From the NCBI GenBank assembly GCA_900317565.1, contig ONHI01000001.1:7934-71933 (forward strand): a stretch of 64,000 bases of DNA. The letters run 5' to 3'. This stretch comes from an uncultured Eubacteriales bacterium. Its GTDB lineage: Bacteria > Bacillota > Clostridia > Christensenellales > Aristaeellaceae. This document shows, piece after piece, positions 1 to 7,423 of the stretch. Under the pieces are notes generated by a model that worked only from the letters and a program-made list of their open reading frames with translations, was not told the origin of the DNA and searched no databases. A program made the translations under genes and the position numbers. Within the stretch, counting starts at the first letter, position 1. Each line of letters begins with the position of its first letter.

Positions 1-49
1 GCGGCGCGGACGGCAGCTGGAGCGTCGGCACGCCGACGATGTGACGATG

Positions 50-82
50 AAAAGGGCATGGCGGAGCCGTGCCCTTTTCATC
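50..82 (+). terminator. Intrinsic terminator of a gene ending just inside the window
   Basis: 12-bp stem aaaagggcatgg/ccgtgccctttt (one G-U pair), 5-nt loop, then a T-run. Stop codons lie at 42-50 just upstream. Confidence 0.6.
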
Positions 83-100
83 ATATGGAGAGTGAAAGCC

Positions 101-736
101 ATGCAAAGCTATATCATAAGGCGCGCCTGCGCGCCCTTGCCGGGGCTGACCGGCGCGATCTTTGATCCCGCCGCAGAGCCCTTCTGCCGGGGGGAGTATG
201 CCCCCATCGACCGCTATGCCTGGGGCGGGGAATACCGCCCGGAGGCCCGGGCGTACCTCGCGTGGGACGAAGGCGGCATCGACGTGCTGCTGTGCGCCCG
301 GGAGGAGACCATCTCCGCCCGGACGACGGAATTCGGCGGCGACGTGTGGAAGGACAGCTGCCTGGAATGGTTCCTGCGGCCCTTTGAGGACGATCCCCGG
401 TACATCAACATCGAGACCAACGCCGCCGGGGCGGCGGTGATCGCCGTCGGGCCGGACCGGGAGCACCGGCAGAGGCTGAGCGCCTGTCCCGCGGGCATGG
501 ACATCCGCGCCTCCCGCCACGCCGGGGGCTGGTGGGCCGTGGCCTACCGGCTGCCCTTTGACCTGATCGGGGCGCTCTTCGGGCGGCGGCCGGAGGCCGG
601 TATGGCGTTCTTCGGCAACTTCTACAAGTGCGACGAGAGCCTGCATCCCCACTTCGGCAGTTGGAATCCCATCGAGGCCCCCGCGCCGGACTTCCACCGC
701 CCGGAGTGTTTCGGAAAACTGATGCTGGAGGCATAG
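101..736 (+). CDS. Carbohydrate-binding family 9-like (DOMON-like) protein
   Basis: ORF 41..736. ATG at 101 (MQSYII) lies after the terminator. Motifs WKDSCLEWFLRP and YINIETNAAG are typical of CBM9-like proteins. Confidence 0.6.
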   Translation: MQSYIIRRACAPLPGLTGAIFDPAAEPFCRGEYAPIDRYAWGGEYRPEARAYLAWDEGGIDVLLCAREETISARTTEFGGDVWKDSCLEWFLRPFEDDPRYINIETNAAGAAVIAVGPDREHRQRLSACPAGMDIRASRHAGGWWAVAYRLPFDLIGALFGRRPEAGMAFFGNFYKCDESLHPHFGSWNPIEAPAPDFHRPECFGKLMLEA

Positions 737-738
737 CC

Positions 739-1305
739 ATGGAATACTTTGACGTTTGCGACGCGGCGGGCGAACCCACCGGGGCGGTCGTCGCCCGGGA
801 CGTGGCCCATCGGGAGGGCATACGTCACCGCACGGCCCATGTGTGGGTGGTGCGGCGGGTCGGAGGCCGCTGGCAGGTGCTGCTGCAAAAGCGGGCCGCC
901 CACAAGGATTCCTTCCCCGGCAAGTATGACACCTCCTCCGCCGGGCACGTGCGTGCCGGGGACGCGCCGCTGGAGTCGGCCATCCGGGAGCTGGAGGAGG
1001 AGCTGGGCATCCGCGCTACGCCGGAGGAGCTGCGCTACGCGGGCAGCTTCGACATCAAATATGAGAAGGAATTCCACGGCAGGCTCTTCCGGGACAACGA
1101 ATTCGCCCAAGTGTACGTGTACGACCGGCCCGTGGACGTCGCCGCGCTGCGATTGCAGGCGGAGGAGGTGGAGCGGGCGGACTGGTTCGACCTGGAGCGG
1201 GTCTGGGCGGAGCTGCCCACCCGCCGGGACGTCTACTGCGTGCCCACCGAGGGCATGGCGGTGCTGAGGACGTATCTTGACAGGCTAATACTAATCTCAA
1301 TCTAA
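739..1305 (+). CDS. NUDIX hydrolase
   Basis: Start at MEYFDV (ATG 739), 3 nt after the previous stop. Nudix box GHVRAGDAPLESAIRELEEELGI. Confidence 0.85.
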   Translation: MEYFDVCDAAGEPTGAVVARDVAHREGIRHRTAHVWVVRRVGGRWQVLLQKRAAHKDSFPGKYDTSSAGHVRAGDAPLESAIRELEEELGIRATPEELRYAGSFDIKYEKEFHGRLFRDNEFAQVYVYDRPVDVAALRLQAEEVERADWFDLERVWAELPTRRDVYCVPTEGMAVLRTYLDRLILISI

Positions 1306-1447
1306 ATAGCAACCATCTGCGGGCATCTTTTCCGCCCTGCCGTTGCCTCGCTGCGGTCAACGATGCGCTGCATCGCCTCCCTCCGCTCGACTTAGGCAGA
1401 ACGAAAAATCTGCTCCGCATATGTTCACTTTTAGATTGAGCTTAGTA
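1289..1447. repeat. 159-bp element bounded by 18-nt inverted repeats (MITE-like or long hairpin)
   Basis: tactaatctcaatctaaa (1289-1306) versus the reverse complement of tttagattgagcttagta (1430-1447), 17/18 match. Fills the intergenic gap between the NUDIX and GNAT genes. Confidence 0.45.
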
Positions 1448-1469
1448 CGAGAACTGGAGGTGAAGGGGA

Positions 1470-2030
1470 GTGAACGCGCCCATCGACATCACCGGCGTCG
1501 TGCTGACCACGCCGCGGCTGGTGCTGCGCCCCTGGCGGGAATCGGATCTGAACGACCTCTTCGAGTACGCCCGGGTGGACGGCGTCGGCCAGATGGCGGG
1601 CTGGACGCCCCATAAGAGCATCGACGAATCCCGGGAGATCCTGGAGATGTTCATGCGGGAAAAGAGGACCTTCGCCCTGGAATTCGAGGGGAAGGTCGTG
1701 GGCTCGCTGGGAATTGAGACCTATGAGGAGGACCGCTATCCCGAATTGGACCTGCGGGACAGGCGGGGCCGGGAGATCGGCTACGTGCTGTCAAAGGACT
1801 ACTGGGGCCGCGGCCTGATGCCCGAGGCGGTCCGCGCCGTCATCCGCTGGCTGTTCGACGATGTGAAGCTGGATTTCATCATCGTGGCCCACTTCACCCG
1901 CAACGCCCGCTCCCGCCGGGTGATCGAAAAGTGCGGCTTCCATTATGTCAAGGCCATCCCCGCCCAAAGCCAATGCGGCAGGACGGAGGATTCGAGGGAG
2001 TATATACTGTACAAATCAGAGAGGGCGTAG
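1470..2030 (+). CDS. GNAT family N-acetyltransferase (RimJ/RimL-like)
   Basis: GTG start preceded by ggaggtgaagggga. TPRLVLRPWRESDLNDLFEY and the YWGRGLMPEAVRAVI acetyl-CoA motif. Confidence 0.85.
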   Translation: MNAPIDITGVVLTTPRLVLRPWRESDLNDLFEYARVDGVGQMAGWTPHKSIDESREILEMFMREKRTFALEFEGKVVGSLGIETYEEDRYPELDLRDRRGREIGYVLSKDYWGRGLMPEAVRAVIRWLFDDVKLDFIIVAHFTRNARSRRVIEKCGFHYVKAIPAQSQCGRTEDSREYILYKSERA

Positions 2031-2033
2031 CGT

Positions 2034-3137
2034 TCACTTCACCTGCCGTATGGCTTGAGCCTCGCGCTTGAAGCGTCCCGCTCGCATGGCGCGAAAGGTG
2101 CGATAGAAGGGCAGCAGGGGCAGCAGCAGCTTGTGTTTGTAGAACAGGGGATACATGCCGGCAAAGGCGGCGTAGCTCCTGTTCTTTTTGCTGACGGGCA
2201 CCAAAAAGCGGTCCAGCATGTAGCGGAGCTTGCCCCAACCGTGCTTGCGCATTCTGTTTTCTACTCTGTGGTTGATGGTGCCGTAGGTGCCGGAGGAGAG
2301 CATGTAATCCAGCATCTCCCCGTCCGCTTCGGAGAGCGCCTCGCCGCCCAGCAGCCGCAGCGCCAGCGCCCGGTTCTGCTGCTCAAATTCAGCGATCCCC
2401 AGCCTTTCCGCCTCGGCGGCGACATAGTTCATGTTCAGTGGCGCACGGTTCAGGAGGATATAGGTGTCCAACAGCGAGCGCAGACCGGTGCCGCCGCCGG
2501 AATAGTGCTTGTATTCGTGGGCCAGGAAATAGAGATAGAAGTCCTCCGGCGAGAAGCGCTTCTCGCAGCCCTCACCCAACAGGCGATCTTCAACGTTCCG
2601 GTAGTATTCATACAGCTTCTCGTCGTGGCTTGGCCCGAACAGCGCCGAATGCATCTCGAAATTGAGCACCGGGGGCTTGTGGTAGATGTCATGGTTGCTG
2701 GTGCCGAATCGCTCGGTGGTGAAGCCCAGCCCCTCCATGACGGCGCGCACGTCCCCAGCCCGGGTGGCGTCAAACAGTATGTCGTGGTCGGCGAATTCCC
2801 GCATGCCGTATTTCGGATAGTAGCTCTTCAGCACCGCGCCCTTCAGCGGCATATACCATATGCCCCGCGCCTCCAGCTGTGCCTTTATGTCGTTCCACGC
2901 CCTTTCAAACAGCGCGGTCTTGCGCATGGCTGCGGCGATGGCGGCGGCGGAACGGCTGTCACGGACGCCCGCGCTCTCCAGCGCATAGGCGATGGCCGCC
3001 CCGATCAGATGGCGGGCGGCGAGGGCATATACCGCGTCCAGATCCATGGTCCGGACCCTGTCGGCCTCCGGAACCGTACCGTTCACGGCGCAGGCTGCCA
3101 GATAGATCGCGTCCCGCGCGGTCCTGTTTTGCGTCAC
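2034..3137 (-). CDS. Nucleotidyltransferase family protein (PF14907/NTP_transf_5-like), last gene of the RiPP operon
   Basis: ORF 2034..3266 trimmed to GTG 3137, which has a ggag SD and sits 19 nt after the peptidase stop. MPLKGAVLKSYYPKYGMREFADHDILF and HSALFGP motifs. Confidence 0.75.
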   Translation of the reverse strand: MTQNRTARDAIYLAACAVNGTVPEADRVRTMDLDAVYALAARHLIGAAIAYALESAGVRDSRSAAAIAAAMRKTALFERAWNDIKAQLEARGIWYMPLKGAVLKSYYPKYGMREFADHDILFDATRAGDVRAVMEGLGFTTERFGTSNHDIYHKPPVLNFEMHSALFGPSHDEKLYEYYRNVEDRLLGEGCEKRFSPEDFYLYFLAHEYKHYSGGGTGLRSLLDTYILLNRAPLNMNYVAAEAERLGIAEFEQQNRALALRLLGGEALSEADGEMLDYMLSSGTYGTINHRVENRMRKHGWGKLRYMLDRFLVPVSKKNRSYAAFAGMYPLFYKHKLLLPLLPFYRTFRAMRAGRFKREAQAIRQVK

Positions 3138-3156
3138 GTTTGCTTCACTCCATAAG

Positions 3157-3540
3157 TCAGTGTCGGTTGCGCCTGATTCCCAGCCTTCTCGCCACCCGTC
3201 CCGCCAGGCGGCGGCAGCGGACGAGGCAAGCCCGCAGGGGATAGATCGCGTTCCAGAGGCGGGCATACCGCAGGTAATGGCGGTCCGACGCGCTGTACTG
3301 CCTGCCCTTGCGCACGAAGCCGGTCAGCACGCCGATCACGGCGCTGTCCGGCACGTGTTCGACGGCGTAGGTGTTGTCGCCGCGGATCAGATAGTGGTCG
3401 CCTTCCACGCCGATCACCCGGTGCAGCACGTAATCCTTGCCCCGCCGGTACAGCGCCACGTCATACTTTTTGAGACGTGAAACGGGGACCTGTATGATCA
3501 CCAGGTCCCGGTTCTGCCGCAGCATCGGCTCCATGCTCAC
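3157..3540 (-). CDS. S24/S26 superfamily peptidase (SipW/Sec11-like Ser-His type), start uncertain
   Basis: G-V-S-M-E-P nucleophile motif and VLHRVIGVEGD...IRGDN box. The homologous reading frame continues upstream to about 3603 without any ATG/GTG/TTG. Confidence 0.7.
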   Translation of the reverse strand: MSMEPMLRQNRDLVIIQVPVSRLKKYDVALYRRGKDYVLHRVIGVEGDHYLIRGDNTYAVEHVPDSAVIGVLTGFVRKGRQYSASDRHYLRYARLWNAIYPLRACLVRCRRLAGRVARRLGIRRNRH

Positions 3541-3601
3541 GCCCCGGGTCCTGTAGACGAGGCGTCCGTCCCGGGCGAGCAGCTCTTCAAAGGTCGTGGG
3601 C

Positions 3602-3862
3602 TTATTCCTCCAGCGCGTTGATCTTTCGCAGTGTGTCGATGATATTCGCCACGTCCCCGGCGATTTCCTGCCGTGGCGCGTCGTATTTTGCGGTCATGGC
3701 GTCCACGATGGCCGCCTGTGTGGTCTCCTGCTTCAGACAATCCACGATGAAGGCCGCGGTGCTGTTACTGCGCACGATGCCGCTGAACGCCTCCGCGCCC
3801 ACGGGCACCAGGAACTGGATGTCGTCGATGGTCTGGGTGATGAAATTGGATTTCAGTTTCAT
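3602..3862 (-). CDS. PqqD family peptide chaperone (RRE)
   Basis: 86 aa. FLVPVGAEAFSGIVRSNSTAAFIVDCL...AIVDAMTAKYDAPRQEIAGDVANIIDTL is typical PqqD architecture. Lies 11 nt after the rSAM gene. Confidence 0.85.
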   Translation of the reverse strand: MKLKSNFITQTIDDIQFLVPVGAEAFSGIVRSNSTAAFIVDCLKQETTQAAIVDAMTAKYDAPRQEIAGDVANIIDTLRKINALEE

Positions 3863-3873
3863 GATGTTTCTCC

Positions 3874-5193
3874 TTAGCAGATGGGGTTTTCCCCGTCGGT
3901 ATTTTCGCTTTCTTTCTTTTCCACCATGCGCTTGAGGGCGTCAATTGCCATCAGTTCATGCACCTGGCGGCAATGGGTGTCCTGTACGGGGCAGGTTGCG
4001 AAGCTGGTGCAGTCCGGCAGGAAGGGGCAGGCCTTGCACTTTTCCCGCGTCCTGTCCACGCGGCAGAATTCTTTTCTGGCGGCCGCGTCAGTGACGCCGT
4101 GCCAGATGTCCCCGAACCGGCTCTCCTCCGGGCAATGCTCGCAGGGGTACAGACTGCCCTCGGGTGTGATGACCACGCTGTCGCCATCGGCCATGCAGTG
4201 GTTGACGCGAAAACCAAGTCCCAGGCCCATAAAAGGCGCGCTCTTAAATCCCGCCTCCTCGATCAACCACCAGGCGTCCTTGATCTTTTCCCACATGGGA
4301 ACGTCGTTTTCACCCAGTCGCACGGCATTCAGCGGAGCCAGGTACACGCCCACCTTGTCCTTGTTCCGCACGTTCTCCCGCAGATCGGAAAGAAACCGGG
4401 GGATCCCGTCCCAGTTTTCCTCGTCCACATTGCAGCGAATGGTCACGTCAATGCCCGCCGCGCTCATGTCGCTGACCGCTTCCATGACATTGTGGTATTG
4501 ATCGTGGTCGGCGTAATAGCGCTTGCGGGAAATGTAATCCTGCTCCGCGCCGTCCATGGAGATCTGGATGTGGGAAAGGCGCCAATCGCCTGTCATCTTC
4601 GCCACGATCTCCGGGGTGATCAGGCTGCCGTTGGAGATCATGCTGGATTTATAATCGAGTCCTGCTTCCCGCAGCCCTTCGCAGACGCGGTCAATGGTCT
4701 TGACCCCCAGCAGCGGTTCCCCACCAAACCAACTCAGCTTCACCTTATCGCCTTCATGGGTATCGAGGATGTAGCGGATCACCTGCTCCACGATCTCCGG
4801 CGTCATGGTCACCTGCTTCATGCCCTCCTCGTAGCAGTAGACGCACCGGGCGTTGCAGCCGAAGGTGGGCAGGATGGTATAGCCCCGGATACCCTTTTTC
4901 CGGTTGTAGGCCCGCATGAGGGCGGAAATCTGGTTGTACCAGTTGCATTCGTCCTTGTTCTCAGGCACGAGGAATTGGGCTGCGATCAGATCGTCCCAGC
5001 CCTCTCCCGCCCTGGCCGATTCGGGCAGCACACCTTCGATGCACTGCTTGGTCAGATTGTGGAACACATACTGCTTCCCGCCGTGGTCGAAGGGCATAGC
5101 AAACTGGGAGGGAATGTAGTTGATATCAGAACGCGGACTGACAGGCGGGAGGAGCTTAGTCAGCGTCGCGTCGGGCTTGCGTATCTCGATCAT
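3874..5193 (-). CDS. Radical SAM/SPASM peptide-modifying enzyme
   Basis: CNARCVYC (CxxxCxxC) cluster, GGEPLL, and a C-terminal Cys-rich SPASM region (CMADG...YPCEHC...CKACPFLPDC...CPVQDTHC). About 100-aa N-terminal extension. Confidence 0.9.
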   Translation of the reverse strand: MIEIRKPDATLTKLLPPVSPRSDINYIPSQFAMPFDHGGKQYVFHNLTKQCIEGVLPESARAGEGWDDLIAAQFLVPENKDECNWYNQISALMRAYNRKKGIRGYTILPTFGCNARCVYCYEEGMKQVTMTPEIVEQVIRYILDTHEGDKVKLSWFGGEPLLGVKTIDRVCEGLREAGLDYKSSMISNGSLITPEIVAKMTGDWRLSHIQISMDGAEQDYISRKRYYADHDQYHNVMEAVSDMSAAGIDVTIRCNVDEENWDGIPRFLSDLRENVRNKDKVGVYLAPLNAVRLGENDVPMWEKIKDAWWLIEEAGFKSAPFMGLGLGFRVNHCMADGDSVVITPEGSLYPCEHCPEESRFGDIWHGVTDAAARKEFCRVDRTREKCKACPFLPDCTSFATCPVQDTHCRQVHELMAIDALKRMVEKKESENTDGENPIC

Positions 5194-5210
5194 TTCATAA
5201 CCTCAAAGGG

Positions 5211-5248
5211 GCATATGCAGCACACGGGATTGGCGTATGCTGCATATG
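5211..5248 (-). promoter_or_regulatory. Intercistronic stem-loop between the precursor genes and the rSAM gene
   Basis: gcatatgcagca (5211-5222) pairs with tgctgcatatg (5238-5248). 11-bp stem, 15-nt loop, no clear U-run. Confidence 0.5.
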
Positions 5249-5396
5249 TTTCGGACGGATCAATAGTTTTCGCTATCAATACGTACCAGTGCAAAAGTTG
5301 AAATTATCACCGCTTAAACAGATAACGGTATTCACCGGCGCCGAAAGAGCACCAAGGATAGCCCTATCTCTGAGCAGGAAAATGAGCCAGTATCCA

Positions 5397-5510
5397 TTAG
5401 CCAAACCAATCATCATATGCTGGTACATCAACAGGTGTACAGCTGGTCACGATCACATTCTCTCCGTTAAGTTCAATAACCTCAAGTTCAGGCTTCTCGT
5501 ACTTCTCCAT
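5397..5510 (-). CDS. RiPP precursor-like peptide A1 (37 aa), not in the ORF track
   Basis: Own translation: MEKYEKPELEVIELNGENVIVTSCTPVDVPAYDDWFG. GGAGGA SD 7 nt upstream of the ATG. TAA stop at 5397-5399. Confidence 0.8.
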   Translation of the reverse strand: MEKYEKPELEVIELNGENVIVTSCTPVDVPAYDDWFG

Positions 5511-5612
5511 GAGTATATCCTCCTTTCCCGCAAAATCATCTATGGCAATCTTGGCGCAAAGTAGCGTCAAGAATGTCCCTATTTGATTGAGAGGGAAAAG
5601 ATTTTTACTTCA

Positions 5613-5759
5613 TCAATCACCTTCACCACCCCACCATGGTACATCAACAGGTGTACAGCTGGTCACGATCACATTCTCCCCGCTCAATTCAACGATTTCC
5701 ATTTGGGGCTTAATGTACTTTACAGTACCCCCCCCGATTTGCGAACGCACGTTCTCCAT
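5613..5759 (-). CDS. RiPP precursor-like peptide A2 (48 aa), not in the ORF track
   Basis: Own translation: MENVRSQIGGGTVKYIKPQMEIVELSGENVIVTSCTPVDVPWWGGEGD. ATG lies 2 nt after the stop of the kinase-like gene. An internal Met (MEIVEL) is an alternative start. Confidence 0.75.
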   Translation of the reverse strand: MENVRSQIGGGTVKYIKPQMEIVELSGENVIVTSCTPVDVPWWGGEGD

Positions 5760-5761
5760 AT

Positions 5762-6508
5762 TCATTTCCTTTCTGCCCTTTCCGGGCTGTGTATTCCTTC
5801 CCAGGCTGTCAGAGCCGCTTCCGGCTCCATATTGCAGCCAAGGGTATAGAAATCAACTGCATCCAGCAGCTGTTTCTCCAATTCAATCACCCGCGCCATT
5901 GTCGCGGGATGCTTTGAGCCGAAGCACTGTTTCATCAGGACCGGAAAGGCATCCGCCCGGCTCATGTGCGCAATGTGGTTGCTTTCATCCCGGGTCAGGT
6001 TCACAATGGCTTTCAGCTTCGCGGAGGCGTTGCGGCTCAAATGGTGTTTCCCGTCCCAGGGCGTGCCGTACACCCTGATACCGGTTTCACCGATGCGCAG
6101 CATGGGCTTATCGTCGTTGATCATCCACACCCGATCCCCGAAGACCTCCCGCCAAAGCCGGGCGTGGGTGCTTTTGCCCGTGCCGGATTTAGCGGTGAAA
6201 ATGTACGCCTCCCCATCCATGCACAGGGCCGAGCCGTGCATCAGTAGCACGTTTTCCCAAACCAGCCTTTCCGCCAGCATAGAATGGATGGCATTGTTTT
6301 CCAGAAAGCCGTCCGTTCTCTTGTGCTTCGGAATGCCCTCCGCTTCGTCCGTCCGGTCGAAGTCCGCCTGCATTTGCGCCAGGTCCGCGTCGTCAGGCGC
6401 TATGGTGAAGGCTGGGTTCCCGTCCGAGGAGTAGTCCCGCAGGAAGACCTCGTTCTCCGGGAAGCGGCAGAGCACCTGTGCGGTCACGCCCGCAAGTTCA
6501 ACGATCAT
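5762..6508 (-). CDS. HPr kinase-like / ScmC-like P-loop protein
   Basis: LMHGSALCMDGEAYIFTAKSGTGKSTHARLW resembles the HprK C-terminal P-loop region. Start overlaps the TetR stop by 11 nt. Confidence 0.7.
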   Translation of the reverse strand: MIVELAGVTAQVLCRFPENEVFLRDYSSDGNPAFTIAPDDADLAQMQADFDRTDEAEGIPKHKRTDGFLENNAIHSMLAERLVWENVLLMHGSALCMDGEAYIFTAKSGTGKSTHARLWREVFGDRVWMINDDKPMLRIGETGIRVYGTPWDGKHHLSRNASAKLKAIVNLTRDESNHIAHMSRADAFPVLMKQCFGSKHPATMARVIELEKQLLDAVDFYTLGCNMEPEAALTAWEGIHSPERAERK

Positions 6509-7175
6509 TTCGGTTTTTCCTTTGCCCTTCCTGTCCGCAGTATTTGGCCAGCAGCAGCTCCTCCAGCATGATCAGCTCGCTCTCCGGGTCGGCGCCCTGC
6601 TCCGGAACGTATACCAAGCCGACGGCATAGCGCGTCACTGCCGCCAACATGATGTGGAACGAGCTGGATAACATAGCCGTCTCGGGAATGTCCGTGTTCA
6701 GCGTGCCGTCCCGCAGGCCGCGGACATACATCGCGTGGAACTGTGCAGAGAGCGCGTCTACCATGCGCATGTAAGGCTGCCGCTGTTCCGGACGACCCTG
6801 CTCGGTGCGCAGGAAGCTGTTGAAGTTGTAGTTGAAGCGCAGTATGTCGCTGTGGTTGCGGTAGAGGTCGAGGAAGGCGTCCAGGAAAAAGCGCAGGTAT
6901 TCCGCGGCGCTCAGCTGTTCAATGGCCTCCGCCGTCAGAAGCGTGTCGCGCGCCTCGATGTACTCCTCCCACTTCCACGCGCCGATGGCGACGACCAGGT
7001 CCAGCTTCGTGGCGTAGTAGCGATAGAGGGTTGCCCGCGCCACGCCGCCCTCCTGGGCCACCTCGGGCATGGTCACCGGCTCGATGCCCCGCTGGGAGAA
7101 CAGGCGAAAGCCCGCCTCCAGTATCCGGCGGCGCTTTTCCGCTCTCCACGGTGCTTCGGTTCGCACATCTTTCAT
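6498..7175 (-). CDS. TetR/AcrR family transcriptional regulator
   Basis: N-terminal HTH RRRILEAGFRLFSQRGIEPVTMPEVAQEGGVARATLYRYYATKLDLV. First gene of the operon. Confidence 0.9.
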   Translation of the reverse strand: MKDVRTEAPWRAEKRRRILEAGFRLFSQRGIEPVTMPEVAQEGGVARATLYRYYATKLDLVVAIGAWKWEEYIEARDTLLTAEAIEQLSAAEYLRFFLDAFLDLYRNHSDILRFNYNFNSFLRTEQGRPEQRQPYMRMVDALSAQFHAMYVRGLRDGTLNTDIPETAMLSSSFHIMLAAVTRYAVGLVYVPEQGADPESELIMLEELLLAKYCGQEGQRKNRNDR

Positions 7176-7210
7176 GTATTGGGTTCCTTTCCAGTATGGA
7201 ATGTGAAAAA

Positions 7211-7227
7211 TGAGACTTTACGTCTCA
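7211..7227 (-). promoter_or_regulatory. Candidate TetR operator
   Basis: Inverted repeat TGAGAC-n5-GTCTCA, located 2 nt downstream of the -10 box. Confidence 0.5.
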
Positions 7228-7228
7228 A

Positions 7229-7257
7229 ATTATATATCGGATTGCTATGCTTGTCAA
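7229..7257 (-). promoter_or_regulatory. Sigma-A type promoter of the RiPP operon
   Basis: On the minus strand: TTGACA (7257-7252), 17-nt spacer, TATAAT (7234-7229). About 50 nt upstream of the TetR ATG. Confidence 0.7.
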
Positions 7258-7285
7258 GGGAGAAATGTCATGTTTATCTAAAGAA

Positions 7286-7315
7286 CCGGGGGCCATCCGT
7301 GCGGATGGCCCCCGG
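7286..7315 (-). terminator. Intrinsic terminator downstream of the GH94 gene
   Basis: 13-bp GC stem ccgggggccatcc/ggatggcccccgg with a 4-nt loop, followed on the minus strand by ttcttt. Confidence 0.7.
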
Positions 7316-7423
7316 CGGGGAATGATGGGGGTTACTCCTTCCGGCCCTGCGGGCCACCTCCCTCATGGAGGGAGGCATATTGTAGTTCATATGGGACTTC
7401 CTTTATGGAGGTAAACCCATGCT

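Noticed and set aside
5289-6078. Plus-strand ORFs 5289..5564, 5583..5849 and 5587..6078.
   Set aside because: They are antisense to the two precursor genes and the kinase-like gene. The repeated 'WYINRCTAGHDHIL' segments are simply the reverse translation of the conserved precursor block.
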